Assembly (NCBI GenBank): GCA_050949045.1
Contig: JBMNEZ010000001.1
Coordinates: forward strand, 1,024,001 to 1,088,000
From: Candidatus Izemoplasmatales bacterium
Lineage (GTDB): Bacteria > Bacillota_I > Bacilli_A > Izemoplasmatales > Hujiaoplasmataceae
Length of the DNA stretch: 64,000 nt
Reading direction: 5' to 3'
Shown here: positions 56,561-64,000 of the stretch, piece after piece
Position numbering within the stretch: the stretch's first letter is position 1
How the letters are laid out: every line of letters begins with the position of its first letter
Position numbers and translations under genes: made by a program
The notes under the pieces: model-generated
Databases searched by the model: none
The model's input: only the letters and a program-made list of their open reading frames with translations
Told to the model about the DNA's origin: nothing

Positions 56561-57046
56561 CTAGAGTGAAAGCAGCCACTTGAACAACGGATCAAGCGCC
56601 AACCCATAGAGAGTGAACATCAACATCAGGAAAAGCAGAAACCCAAAAACTCTGGCGGTGTCAATGGCCAAGACCTTGGCTGTCGGCCAGGTGACTTTCT
56701 TCATTTCAGCAACGCTCGGACGAAGAACTGGTATCGCCAAGTATATAATAACGAGGGTGCCGACCAAGATCAGAAACGATCCGGTCAAAATTCTTTTCAA
56801 ATCGGTGTTGAAGAAAAAGTCGATGAAATTGATGCCGCTTTCACCGAGACTGAGAGTGAGGTCGCCAAACTTGCCCATCACGATATAGACACCATTGGCA
56901 ATCAAAATCGGTGAGATAATCGCGAGCAACCAGTTTTCAAAAGCATATTCTTTTTTGAGAATCTCCATGATCTTACTCGTTTTTTTCTCGACTTTTGGCG
57001 CTTGTTTGACTAGTTTGGCTTTCTTTTCCTTTTTTTCTTCAGCCAT
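56561..57046 (-). CDS. secE: Preprotein translocase SecE (long, 3-TM form)
   Basis: EMKKVTWPT motif before the last TM; located between rpmG and nusG. Confidence 0.85.
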   Translation of the reverse strand: MAEEKKEKKAKLVKQAPKVEKKTSKIMEILKKEYAFENWLLAIISPILIANGVYIVMGKFGDLTLSLGESGINFIDFFFNTDLKRILTGSFLILVGTLVIIYLAIPVLRPSVAEMKKVTWPTAKVLAIDTARVFGFLLFLMLMFTLYGLALDPLFKWLLSL

Positions 57047-57056
57047 GGTGTTCCTC

Positions 57057-57203
57057 CTACTTGCCTTCCTTGTGGAGTGTGTGCTTCATGCATTTTTTGC
57101 AATACTTGGTAATTGTGAACCGGGAATCGCCTTTGGTTGATCTCCTGATTTCATAGTTTCGTGAATGGCATTCCTGGCAGATGAGAACAGCTTTGTCTTT
57201 CAT
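57057..57203 (-). CDS. rpmG: 50S ribosomal protein L33 (Zn-ribbon form), below the ORF-track cut-off
   Basis: Hand translation MKDKAVLICQECHSRNYEIRRSTKGDSRFTITKYCKKCMKHTLHKEGK*. Confidence 0.93.
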   Translation of the reverse strand: MKDKAVLICQECHSRNYEIRRSTKGDSRFTITKYCKKCMKHTLHKEGK

Positions 57204-57272
57204 GATAACGATTAATCATCTCGCTTGCTTCAATAACTTTATCAAATAACGGCTTGATTGTCAAGATAATCA

Positions 57273-57812
57273 TCAAGGCAAATGCAATTTGAGTTTGTGG
57301 CGGATTCGATCAATGGCATTATAGACTTTTTTGATAGGGCAGCCAATGTTAGCGGCGATTTTCGAAGGAGTCATATCTTCCTGAAATCGCAGTTTAAAGA
57401 CAGAAGCCTCAAACGCAGATAGTTCCTTGAAGACGTTTTTGATATCTTTGTCCGAATAGATTGGTCCTGGCGCTTCATTCAAAGTGTCTTCGACGAGGAT
57501 TCGGCTTTTGGTGGCCAGAAATTTGCCATAACTTTTCCTTTTGCGGATAACCGAGATCAAACGATTTTCCAAATTGCGTTCAAAATACCTAGTGAATGAC
57601 TTGGCATAACGCTCGTCAAAGCGAAGCGCCGACTTATATAGAACCAGCAAGGCTTCCTGATGACAATCATCGAATTCGGAAACCAGGTTGAATTTTTTGA
57701 TTTTTTTCGCAATCAGGAAATTGTACTTCGCGATCATCAATGCAAATGCTTCTTCGCTTCCCTGTTTGATCAAGCTGATGATCTCGAAATCGTTGTGATC
57801 GCGAAAATTCAA
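57273..57812 (-). CDS. SigH-like alternative sigma-70 factor
   Basis: DDCHQEALLVLYKSALRFD..KSF region 2 and VYNAIDRIRHKLK region 4; occupies the sigH position. Confidence 0.8.
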   Translation of the reverse strand: MNFRDHNDFEIISLIKQGSEEAFALMIAKYNFLIAKKIKKFNLVSEFDDCHQEALLVLYKSALRFDERYAKSFTRYFERNLENRLISVIRKRKSYGKFLATKSRILVEDTLNEAPGPIYSDKDIKNVFKELSAFEASVFKLRFQEDMTPSKIAANIGCPIKKVYNAIDRIRHKLKLHLP

Positions 57813-57815
57813 GGC

Positions 57816-58535
57816 TCATCCCCGCTTTCGCCTTTGAATGTCGAAAATGACGATGCCGGCTCCGACGGATGCGTTCAGGCTGTTGATTCGACCTTGCATC
57901 GGGATTTTCACTAATAGGTCGCAGTGTTCCTTTAATAAGCGTCCCATACCCTTTCCCTCATTGCCGATCACAAGACAAAGAGGCCTGTCGACATAAATCT
58001 CCTCATAGGAGTTTTTGGCATCGGGACTGGTGCCGATGATCCAAAATCCTTCTTTTTTGAGTTTTTCGGCAGTTTGAGTCAAATTTGTGACTTCGATTAT
58101 TTTGATGTACTCAATAGCGCCGGAAGAGGCTTTGACAACCGCTGGGGTGATGCCCGCACTTCGATTTTTGGGTATGATTACTGCTTTGACGCCTCCGGCT
58201 TCGGCGCTTCTCAAAATCGCCCCCAGATTGTGAGGGTCTTGAATTTCATCGAGCATTAGAATCAGTGGGTTTTCTTTAATTTTTGTTTCCGCAAGAAATC
58301 GCGCTAACGGCTCTGTCCTGTATTCTTCAACTTCGGCGACGATTCCCTGGTTGACGCCTGCATAACTATCTTTGAACTTTTGTTTGTCAAGAACGGTGAG
58401 CGGGATGCCGGCTTTTTTAAGTTTGTCCGCAAGATCCATATTGGTGCCGTCGATAATGGTTGCGCTTCTGATCTTTCGCTTTGCTTTCAAAGCTTCAATA
58501 ACCGGATTTTTCCCGTAGATTAACAAAGACATCAT
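57816..58535 (-). CDS. rlmB: 23S rRNA (G2251) 2'-O-methyltransferase RlmB
   Basis: IYGKNPVIEAL, DPHNLGAILRSA, GNEGKG, SLNASV. Confidence 0.95.
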   Translation of the reverse strand: MMSLLIYGKNPVIEALKAKRKIRSATIIDGTNMDLADKLKKAGIPLTVLDKQKFKDSYAGVNQGIVAEVEEYRTEPLARFLAETKIKENPLILMLDEIQDPHNLGAILRSAEAGGVKAVIIPKNRSAGITPAVVKASSGAIEYIKIIEVTNLTQTAEKLKKEGFWIIGTSPDAKNSYEEIYVDRPLCLVIGNEGKGMGRLLKEHCDLLVKIPMQGRINSLNASVGAGIVIFDIQRRKRG

Positions 58536-58616
58536 TCCTCCATCTTCATTGTAGCATAGATCGTTCTCTGACGTTCTTGAAATATAATGAGTGGCTACCA
58601 AGGTCAAAGACAGGCT

Positions 58617-59000
58617 TCAGTCGCTGTTTTCCTCAACCGCCATAATCGCTATTTTAACAATTTCTTCAAGACGTTGATGTTCGCCTTCAAGAAAAAGATG
58701 GCCGATGACAGCCTCAAAGCCACTGGCTTGATGGTAGGTGGCCAAACTGACATTTTTGGGTTTATGGGTCGCGACAGCGTTCCTACCGCGCTTGAAAATG
58801 GACTCTTCGAGTTCTGTGAGTCCGGTTTCAAGCAACCTTGCCATGGCTATCGACTGCCCTTTGGCGGAAGTATAGCGCACAGCTTGCTTATGTAAATCAT
58901 TGACTTTTGTATAACCCTTGTTTAGAAGGTGCTTGCGAATCATGAGTTCGTAATAAGCATCACCCAAATAGGCAAGCGAAAGCCCGCTAAATTGATTCAA
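58617..59000 (-). CDS. mrnC: Mini-ribonuclease III
   Basis: LAYLGDAYYEL.IR, KRGRNA, ASGFEAVIGHL; located between cysS and rlmB. Confidence 0.92.
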   Translation of the reverse strand: MNQFSGLSLAYLGDAYYELMIRKHLLNKGYTKVNDLHKQAVRYTSAKGQSIAMARLLETGLTELEESIFKRGRNAVATHKPKNVSLATYHQASGFEAVIGHLFLEGEHQRLEEIVKIAIMAVEENSD

Positions 59001-60343
59001 AACAATCCCTTTTCCTGCAAGATGCGCCGTAGTTCGTCCGCCTCAGCGTATCGTTTTTCCTTGCGGAGAGCTTCCCATTTGCGAATTGATTGCACGTCAT
59101 CTTCCGTGAGTCTTTTAACATTGGCTTTTAATCCGAGGACGTCCAGCATATAGCCAAGAGCATTGAGAATGGCGGCGAGTTTACGAAAATCATTCCCTTT
59201 GCGGATCTCGACGTTGGCGACCTTGACCAAGGCTTGGAGCTCGGTGATCGCATTCGGTGTATTGAAGTCGTTGTCCATGGCTTCGTTAAACGCCTTGACC
59301 GCTTTCAAGGTATCTTGGTTCTCCGAAAAAGCAATGTCAGTGCCGGCGGAGGCAAGGTCAAGCTTTCGATAGACCGCGTTCAAAGTTGCCTCGATTCTGT
59401 CCCATTCCTCGGCAAACATGCGAATGCTTTGTTCGGTGTAGTTAATCGGCGCTCGGTAATGCGTCGACAATAATAGTAGTCTTAAAGCCATCATATTATA
59501 GGAAAAATCCTTGATGAGAACGACATTGCCAAGGCTTTTGCTCATCACTTCATTTTCAATCTGGAGCCTTCCGTTATGCATCCAATAGTTTGCGATTGTA
59601 TGTTTGCGGCAGGCAAGGGATTGGGCGATTTCGTTTTCATGATGGGGAAAGATCAAGTCGGCTCCACCGCCATGAATATCGATTTTATTGTTGAAAAGAG
59701 CATCGATCATCACAACGCACTCAGTATGCCAACCGGGACGCCCCTTTGAAAAAGGCGATTCCCAGTTCAATCCTTCATCGGTCTTTTTCCAAAGGACAAA
59801 GTCGAGAGGAGACTCTTTTAGAGGATTGATCTCCACGCGGGCACCCTGGATAAGGTCATCCAGTTTCCGTTTGCTTAAATGGCCGTATTCGGTGATTTTC
59901 TCCACCCGGAAAAACACATCTCCCTCAACTACATAGGCATATCCTTTATTGACAAGTTCACTGATATAATCGATGATGAGAGGGATATATTCCGTTACTC
60001 TTGGTTTCAGATAATCTTCATGGCAGTTCAAACTAACGATATCTTTTTGGCAAGCTTGAATGAAATATTCGCTGATTTCAGTTTCGGACTTGCCTGTTTC
60101 TTTGGCCTTGGCGATGATTCTGTCATCGACGTCGGTAAAGTTGGAGGCAAAGCGGACAAGGAAGCCTTTGGCTTCCAGATACCGCCTGAACGTATCAAAA
60201 ACCACCCAGGGACGGGCATTGCCGATATGCATGTAATTATAGACGGTCGGTCCGCAGACATAGATCGAAACCTCGCCCTTATTAATCGGGATGAATTCCT
60301 CAAGTTTTCCCGTGTAGGTGTTTGTCAGTTTCAAGGCGACCAC
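58997..60343 (-). CDS. cysS: Cysteine-tRNA ligase
   Basis: YVCGPTVY, HIGN, GRPGWHTEC, FPHHENEIAQS, MSKSLGN. Confidence 0.98.
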   Translation of the reverse strand: MVALKLTNTYTGKLEEFIPINKGEVSIYVCGPTVYNYMHIGNARPWVVFDTFRRYLEAKGFLVRFASNFTDVDDRIIAKAKETGKSETEISEYFIQACQKDIVSLNCHEDYLKPRVTEYIPLIIDYISELVNKGYAYVVEGDVFFRVEKITEYGHLSKRKLDDLIQGARVEINPLKESPLDFVLWKKTDEGLNWESPFSKGRPGWHTECVVMIDALFNNKIDIHGGGADLIFPHHENEIAQSLACRKHTIANYWMHNGRLQIENEVMSKSLGNVVLIKDFSYNMMALRLLLLSTHYRAPINYTEQSIRMFAEEWDRIEATLNAVYRKLDLASAGTDIAFSENQDTLKAVKAFNEAMDNDFNTPNAITELQALVKVANVEIRKGNDFRKLAAILNALGYMLDVLGLKANVKRLTEDDVQSIRKWEALRKEKRYAEADELRRILQEKGLF

Positions 60344-60437
60344 CTTCGCTTTCTGTTAACATCATTATAGGCTATCAACCTTTTATTTTCAAGAAATAAG
60401 GATAATAATCGATAAAGTCCGCTTCAAGTCATAAAGC

Positions 60438-60468
60438 AAAAAAAGAACACCTTGCGAGTGTTCTTTTT
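60438..60468 (-). terminator. Intrinsic terminator after the cold-shock gene
   Basis: aaaagaacac/gtgttctttt stem with A/T runs. Confidence 0.75.
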
Positions 60469-60495
60469 CATTGGCTTGGTTAACTACAGTAAAGC

Positions 60496-60693
60496 TTAAA
60501 GTTTTACTATATTAGCAGCTTGCGGGCCTCTGGCGCCTTCAACTACATCAAAGCTGACCGCTTGTCCGTTTTCGAGGGATTTGTAGCCTTCGCCTTGGAT
60601 AGCTGAGTAATGGGCGAAGATATCCTTGCCATTCTCGTCAGTGATGAAGCCATAACCTTTTTCTGCATTAAACCATTTGACCGTTCCGTTCAT
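60496..60693 (-). CDS. Cold-shock protein (65 aa)
   Basis: [17 protein letters not shown]...[12 protein letters not shown] 60693 after AAGGAG. Confidence 0.96.
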   Translation of the reverse strand: MNGTVKWFNAEKGYGFITDENGKDIFAHYSAIQGEGYKSLENGQAVSFDVVEGARGPQAANIVKL

Positions 60694-60797
60694 TTGTTTC
60701 TCCTTATTATATTTTGATGCTGCGACTATTATAATTTGTTTCCAAGCAAAATGCAAGTCCTATTATCCAAAAGAGGTAATATCGTTCTAGATCAGAT

Positions 60798-62078
60798 TCA
60801 GTTTTCTTCAATGTCTTCGGTTTGTTCTGCTTCCATATCGGAATCAGTTTCCTTGTCGCTGAAGTCTGCGTTTTTGATGCGTCCGAACTTGTCGGTGATC
60901 CTGATCACACGACGGTCGACGGCGTCGCTTTGGCGACTAAGGCTCCTGATGTTCTGGTTCAATTTTGTCCAATCGCGGCTGAATATTTCAAATTCTTTGT
61001 TCAGTAGTTTGAGTTGGCTGTCGATGATTTTTGCGTTTTTTGCTTTCTCATAATCGATTCTGGCAGCCTGAAAACTTGACAAAAGCGGGATGATCGTCGT
61101 TGGCGAAACGATTGTGACCCGTTTTTCTCGGGCATACTCGACGATGTTCGGCAGTTTGGCGTGGATAAGTGCCAAAACGCCATCGCTGGCGACAAACATC
61201 AGGGCGTAATTGGCAGTCACTCCGTCGATGATGTATTTATTGCCGATGTCAGTGATATGTTTTTTGACCTCGGACCCGAAAGCCTGAATCAGTTTATCCT
61301 CTTCTTCCTTGGGAATGCCTTTTTCCTCAAAGAGTTTGGCATACGAAGAAAATGGAAACTTGGAGTCAATTGCGACTTTGTTGTGGGGTTCAGGCATAAA
61401 GATGACTGCGTCGGCCCGAACGGACTCTTGCTTCCCACGCGCTTCTTTGATTGTATGCTGAATCTCGTAGATCTTGTTGTTGTCTCCAAAAACACTGAAC
61501 AAAAGCTGGTTAAGCTGATACTCGCCGAAAGAACCTCTGGCTTGATTGTTAGACAGAATGTTCTGCAAACTAATCATCTCGTTTGACAAACTCTCGATTT
61601 TCTTTTGCGCTTCATCAATGATTTTTACCCGTTCCACAATCTGGATGAACGTTTCATTGGTGCTCCGAAAGCCTTTCTGCAGGCGATCATCGACGTCCTC
61701 ATTAATCTTGTAGAGTTTCTGATTGACTTCATCGGTCAGTTTTTTGAAATCTTCCTGCAACTTACCGGTTAATTTTTCCTGGAAGCCTATTAGTTCTTTA
61801 TTGACATTGATGCGAAACTCAGTGATGTTTTCTCCGGATTTATCACTTGTTTCTCGCAGGAGATTGTTGACATCCTGATTGAACTTGAGCATTGAGTCAT
61901 AGACAGTCCTGATCACATCAGTCTTCATCTGATCGATCTTGGCCAAAGTTGTTGATTCTACATTGTCCAGTTCGGCACCGAAAGGCTTTTTTAACTGCAA
62001 AACAATGTTAACGACGATCCCGAGAAGAACGAGCGACAACAAGATGATGGATAGTGTATCGGTTAATGCAAGAAACAT
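60798..62078 (-). CDS. rmuC: DNA recombination protein RmuC
   Basis: N-terminal TM and coiled coil, ARGSFGEYQL, RADAVIFMP, IDSKFP, IVSPTT. Confidence 0.9.
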   Translation of the reverse strand: MFLALTDTLSIILLSLVLLGIVVNIVLQLKKPFGAELDNVESTTLAKIDQMKTDVIRTVYDSMLKFNQDVNNLLRETSDKSGENITEFRINVNKELIGFQEKLTGKLQEDFKKLTDEVNQKLYKINEDVDDRLQKGFRSTNETFIQIVERVKIIDEAQKKIESLSNEMISLQNILSNNQARGSFGEYQLNQLLFSVFGDNNKIYEIQHTIKEARGKQESVRADAVIFMPEPHNKVAIDSKFPFSSYAKLFEEKGIPKEEEDKLIQAFGSEVKKHITDIGNKYIIDGVTANYALMFVASDGVLALIHAKLPNIVEYAREKRVTIVSPTTIIPLLSSFQAARIDYEKAKNAKIIDSQLKLLNKEFEIFSRDWTKLNQNIRSLSRQSDAVDRRVIRITDKFGRIKNADFSDKETDSDMEAEQTEDIEEN

Positions 62079-62110
62079 AATACCACCTCAAAATCTCAGA
62101 ATAGGAAGCC

Positions 62111-62290
62111 AAAAAGGTTAAACAGCACTTGGAGCAAGCACTTGAATATGCCTCGTTTTCGCCATTTACCAACGATAATCCCACTAAAGAGAGAAAGGTA
62201 ATTAGCAGCTTGTTTGTCGAAAAAACGCAACTGTTAGGCAACTAGATTAAAGCAGTGTTTCACCACTGTCTCAGACGCCAATTATTACTG
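62111..62290 (-). ncRNA. Candidate structured RNA (6S-like rod or regulatory leader)
   Basis: Extended -10 (TGgTATAAT, 62304-62296), nested long-range helices and a U5 tail; see findings. Confidence 0.4.
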
Positions 62291-62557
62291 AATAAATTAT
62301 ACCATATTATGAACTAATAAGCCATTAACGATTGGCAAACTTTTTTCCTTGCTTTTGGCTTCTTACCTGAGTCAATAGAGGTCGTAGTAATAATCACGTC
62401 TTTTAATAAATTTCTGATGCAAACTTAATTAGAAAGAAGAAATCGGACTTCAAGTAGAAGCTGTTCATATGCAAGTCTAATATAATCGCTTCATATTGTA
62501 AAAGAATGCCGTTGTTATACAACAAGTACAGAAAAAACAATCCTTAGTCAGCGAAAT

Positions 62558-62587
62558 AAAAACACAGGTTGTGGTGGCCTGTGTCTT
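62558..62587 (-). terminator. Intrinsic terminator after rpsI
   Basis: acacagg/cctgtgt stem plus T-run on the minus strand. Confidence 0.7.
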
Positions 62588-62604
62588 TCTGGCTTCTCAA
62601 GTTT

Positions 62605-63000
62605 TTAACGCTTGCTGAATTGCGGAGCTCTTCTTGCGCCTTTGAGACCGTATTTTTTACGTTCTTTGACGCGGGAATCTCTAGTGATCAATCCTGCCGG
62701 TTTAAGAATTTTGCGATACTCTGGGTTCACTTCGAGAAGGGCGCGGGTGACTCCTAGGCGGATCGCCCCTGCCTGGCCAATGAGGCCGCCGCCGCTGACG
62801 TTGACAGAGATGTCGAACGTGCTTTCATTGGCGGTGAGAACAAGAGGTTGTTGGACATCGAGACGCGCGAGCGCTGAAGGAATGTAATCAACAAATTCTC
62901 TGCCGTTGATTTTGAAAGCGCCTTTGCCTGGTCTCAAGATGACTCTGGCAACCGCGGACTTTCTTCTGCCCGTGCCGCGATACATAACAGATTTTGCCAC
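62605..63000 (-). CDS. rpsI: 30S ribosomal protein S9
   Basis: [12 protein letters not shown]...[19 protein letters not shown]. Confidence 0.99.
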   Translation of the reverse strand: MAKSVMYRGTGRRKSAVARVILRPGKGAFKINGREFVDYIPSALARLDVQQPLVLTANESTFDISVNVSGGGLIGQAGAIRLGVTRALLEVNPEYRKILKPAGLITRDSRVKERKKYGLKGARRAPQFSKR

Positions 63001-63012
63001 TTGCGCTTCCTC

Positions 63013-63447
63013 CTACCCTTTCAGTTCAAGCACGGTCGGTTTCTGTGCTTGGTGCTTGTGCTCCGCATCTGCGTAGACAAACAGTTTTTTGTACATCTGG
63101 TTCCCGAGTTTTCCCTTTGGTAACATCCCTTTGACGGCGAGTTCGACCATTTTAGTCGGTTTTTCAGCCATCATCACCTTTGCCGTCTTGGTCTTCAAGC
63201 CTCCGGGATAGTTTGAATGGGTGCGATATAGCTTGTCATCCCATTTGTCTCCCGTCAGTTCGATCTCGCTGGCGTTGATTACGATAACATAGTCGCCACA
63301 ATCCACATGCGGTGTAAAAGTGGGTTTATGTTTTCCGTGCAACACCGAGGCAACCTCGGTGGCAAGGCGTCCGAGTTTCTTGCCGGCGGCATCAACCACA
63401 AACCATTTGCGTTCTACGGTTTGAGCATTTGCCATATAGGTTTTCAT
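63013..63447 (-). CDS. rplM: 50S ribosomal protein L13
   Basis: ATG 63447 after AAGGAGG; WFVVDA...LGRLA...[15 protein letters not shown]. Confidence 0.99.
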   Translation of the reverse strand: MKTYMANAQTVERKWFVVDAAGKKLGRLATEVASVLHGKHKPTFTPHVDCGDYVIVINASEIELTGDKWDDKLYRTHSNYPGGLKTKTAKVMMAEKPTKMVELAVKGMLPKGKLGNQMYKKLFVYADAEHKHQAQKPTVLELKG

Positions 63448-63554
63448 TTTTGTTTCCTCCTTAATATGAATTAAAGAGCTGTGGGATTTAAACAAAAAAA
63501 TGTACCTGTAATATAATATCACTTCGGTACATTTTAGTCAATAATTATCTTCCG

Positions 63555-64000
63555 TCAGTCAATGATCTTCTTGGCGAATTTTCCCTCGACGTCCTGAACT
63601 CCGGTCATCACGACGAACGCTGCTGGATCGATCTCTTTGATGATTGCCAAATAGCGCTCCATCTCATGCACGGAGATAACCGCATAGAGCACTGTCCTGG
63701 ATTGATTAGTGTAAGCTCCGATCGCATCGATCATTGTTACTCCGTGCGGCATTCTCGATTTCAACGCATCCGCTATTTCTCTGCCGTTTGCCGATATTAT
63801 TTCTAGTTTCATGAAGTTATATCCAGTGAAAATCTTGTCGAGCACGATTGAAGTGATCAACTGGGAAACGATCGTGTAAATGGCGATATCAAGACCGAAA
63901 ATAAGCCCTGCGACCAGAATGATCGCGCCGTGGAATACCATTTGATATTGGCCGACCGACCTGCCTGTCTTGATTGATAAATATTGAAACAAGATCGATG
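63555..64000 (-). CDS. YitT family membrane protein, 5' part outside the window
   Basis: TM segments, then HGVTMIDAIGAYT...IKEIDPAAFV...VEG (DUF2179-like C-terminus). Confidence 0.8.
   Translation of the reverse strand, partial: SILFQYLSIKTGRSVGQYQMVFHGAIILVAGLIFGLDIAIYTIVSQLITSIVLDKIFTGYNFMKLEIISANGREIADALKSRMPHGVTMIDAIGAYTNQSRTVLYAVISVHEMERYLAIIKEIDPAAFVVMTGVQDVEGKFAKKIID

Noticed and set aside
62008..62241. 77-aa ORF upstream of and overlapping rmuC
   Set aside because: No RBS, and it overlaps rmuC out of frame; the region is better explained as structured RNA.

Overview
Almost every supportable gene lies on the minus strand. Most of the window is a Bacillus-type housekeeping supercluster, read right to left: yitT-like, rplM, rpsI, rmuC, csp, cysS, mrnC, rlmB, sigH-like, rpmG, secE, nusG, [2 MacB-like ABC fusions], rplK, rplA, rplJ, rplL, rsmC-like, rpoB, rpoC, [accessory pair], rrn operon, rpsL, rpsG, fusA, tuf, tkt, tatD, ychF, pncC, rpsF, ssb, rpsR, gdpP::rplI, dnaB, prfA, prmC, topA, ftsY, ylxM, ffh. 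TGA is used as stop (code 11). Gene content and style suggest a Mollicutes-related Bacilli lineage such as Izemoplasmatales/Acholeplasmatales, which is an inference only. Two visibly AT-richer accessory blocks (1-10.2 kb and 37.4-40.5 kb) encode three secreted paralogues that share a WapA-like N-terminal plus DNRLRE-type module. One is a giant YD/RHS protein missed by the ORF track. The other two lack RHS repeats and end in different papain-fold Cys-His domains, each followed immediately by lipoprotein gene(s). One lipoprotein is tandemly duplicated with a hypervariable patch. This looks like an RHS-less polymorphic effector/immunity system. Other oddities are an in-frame GdpP-L9 fusion with an internal ribosome-binding site, a 5S rRNA gene with a degenerate 3' third, an unannotated ~180-nt 6S-like structured RNA upstream of rmuC, and a probable non-AUG start. 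All calls are by eye; no searches were run.
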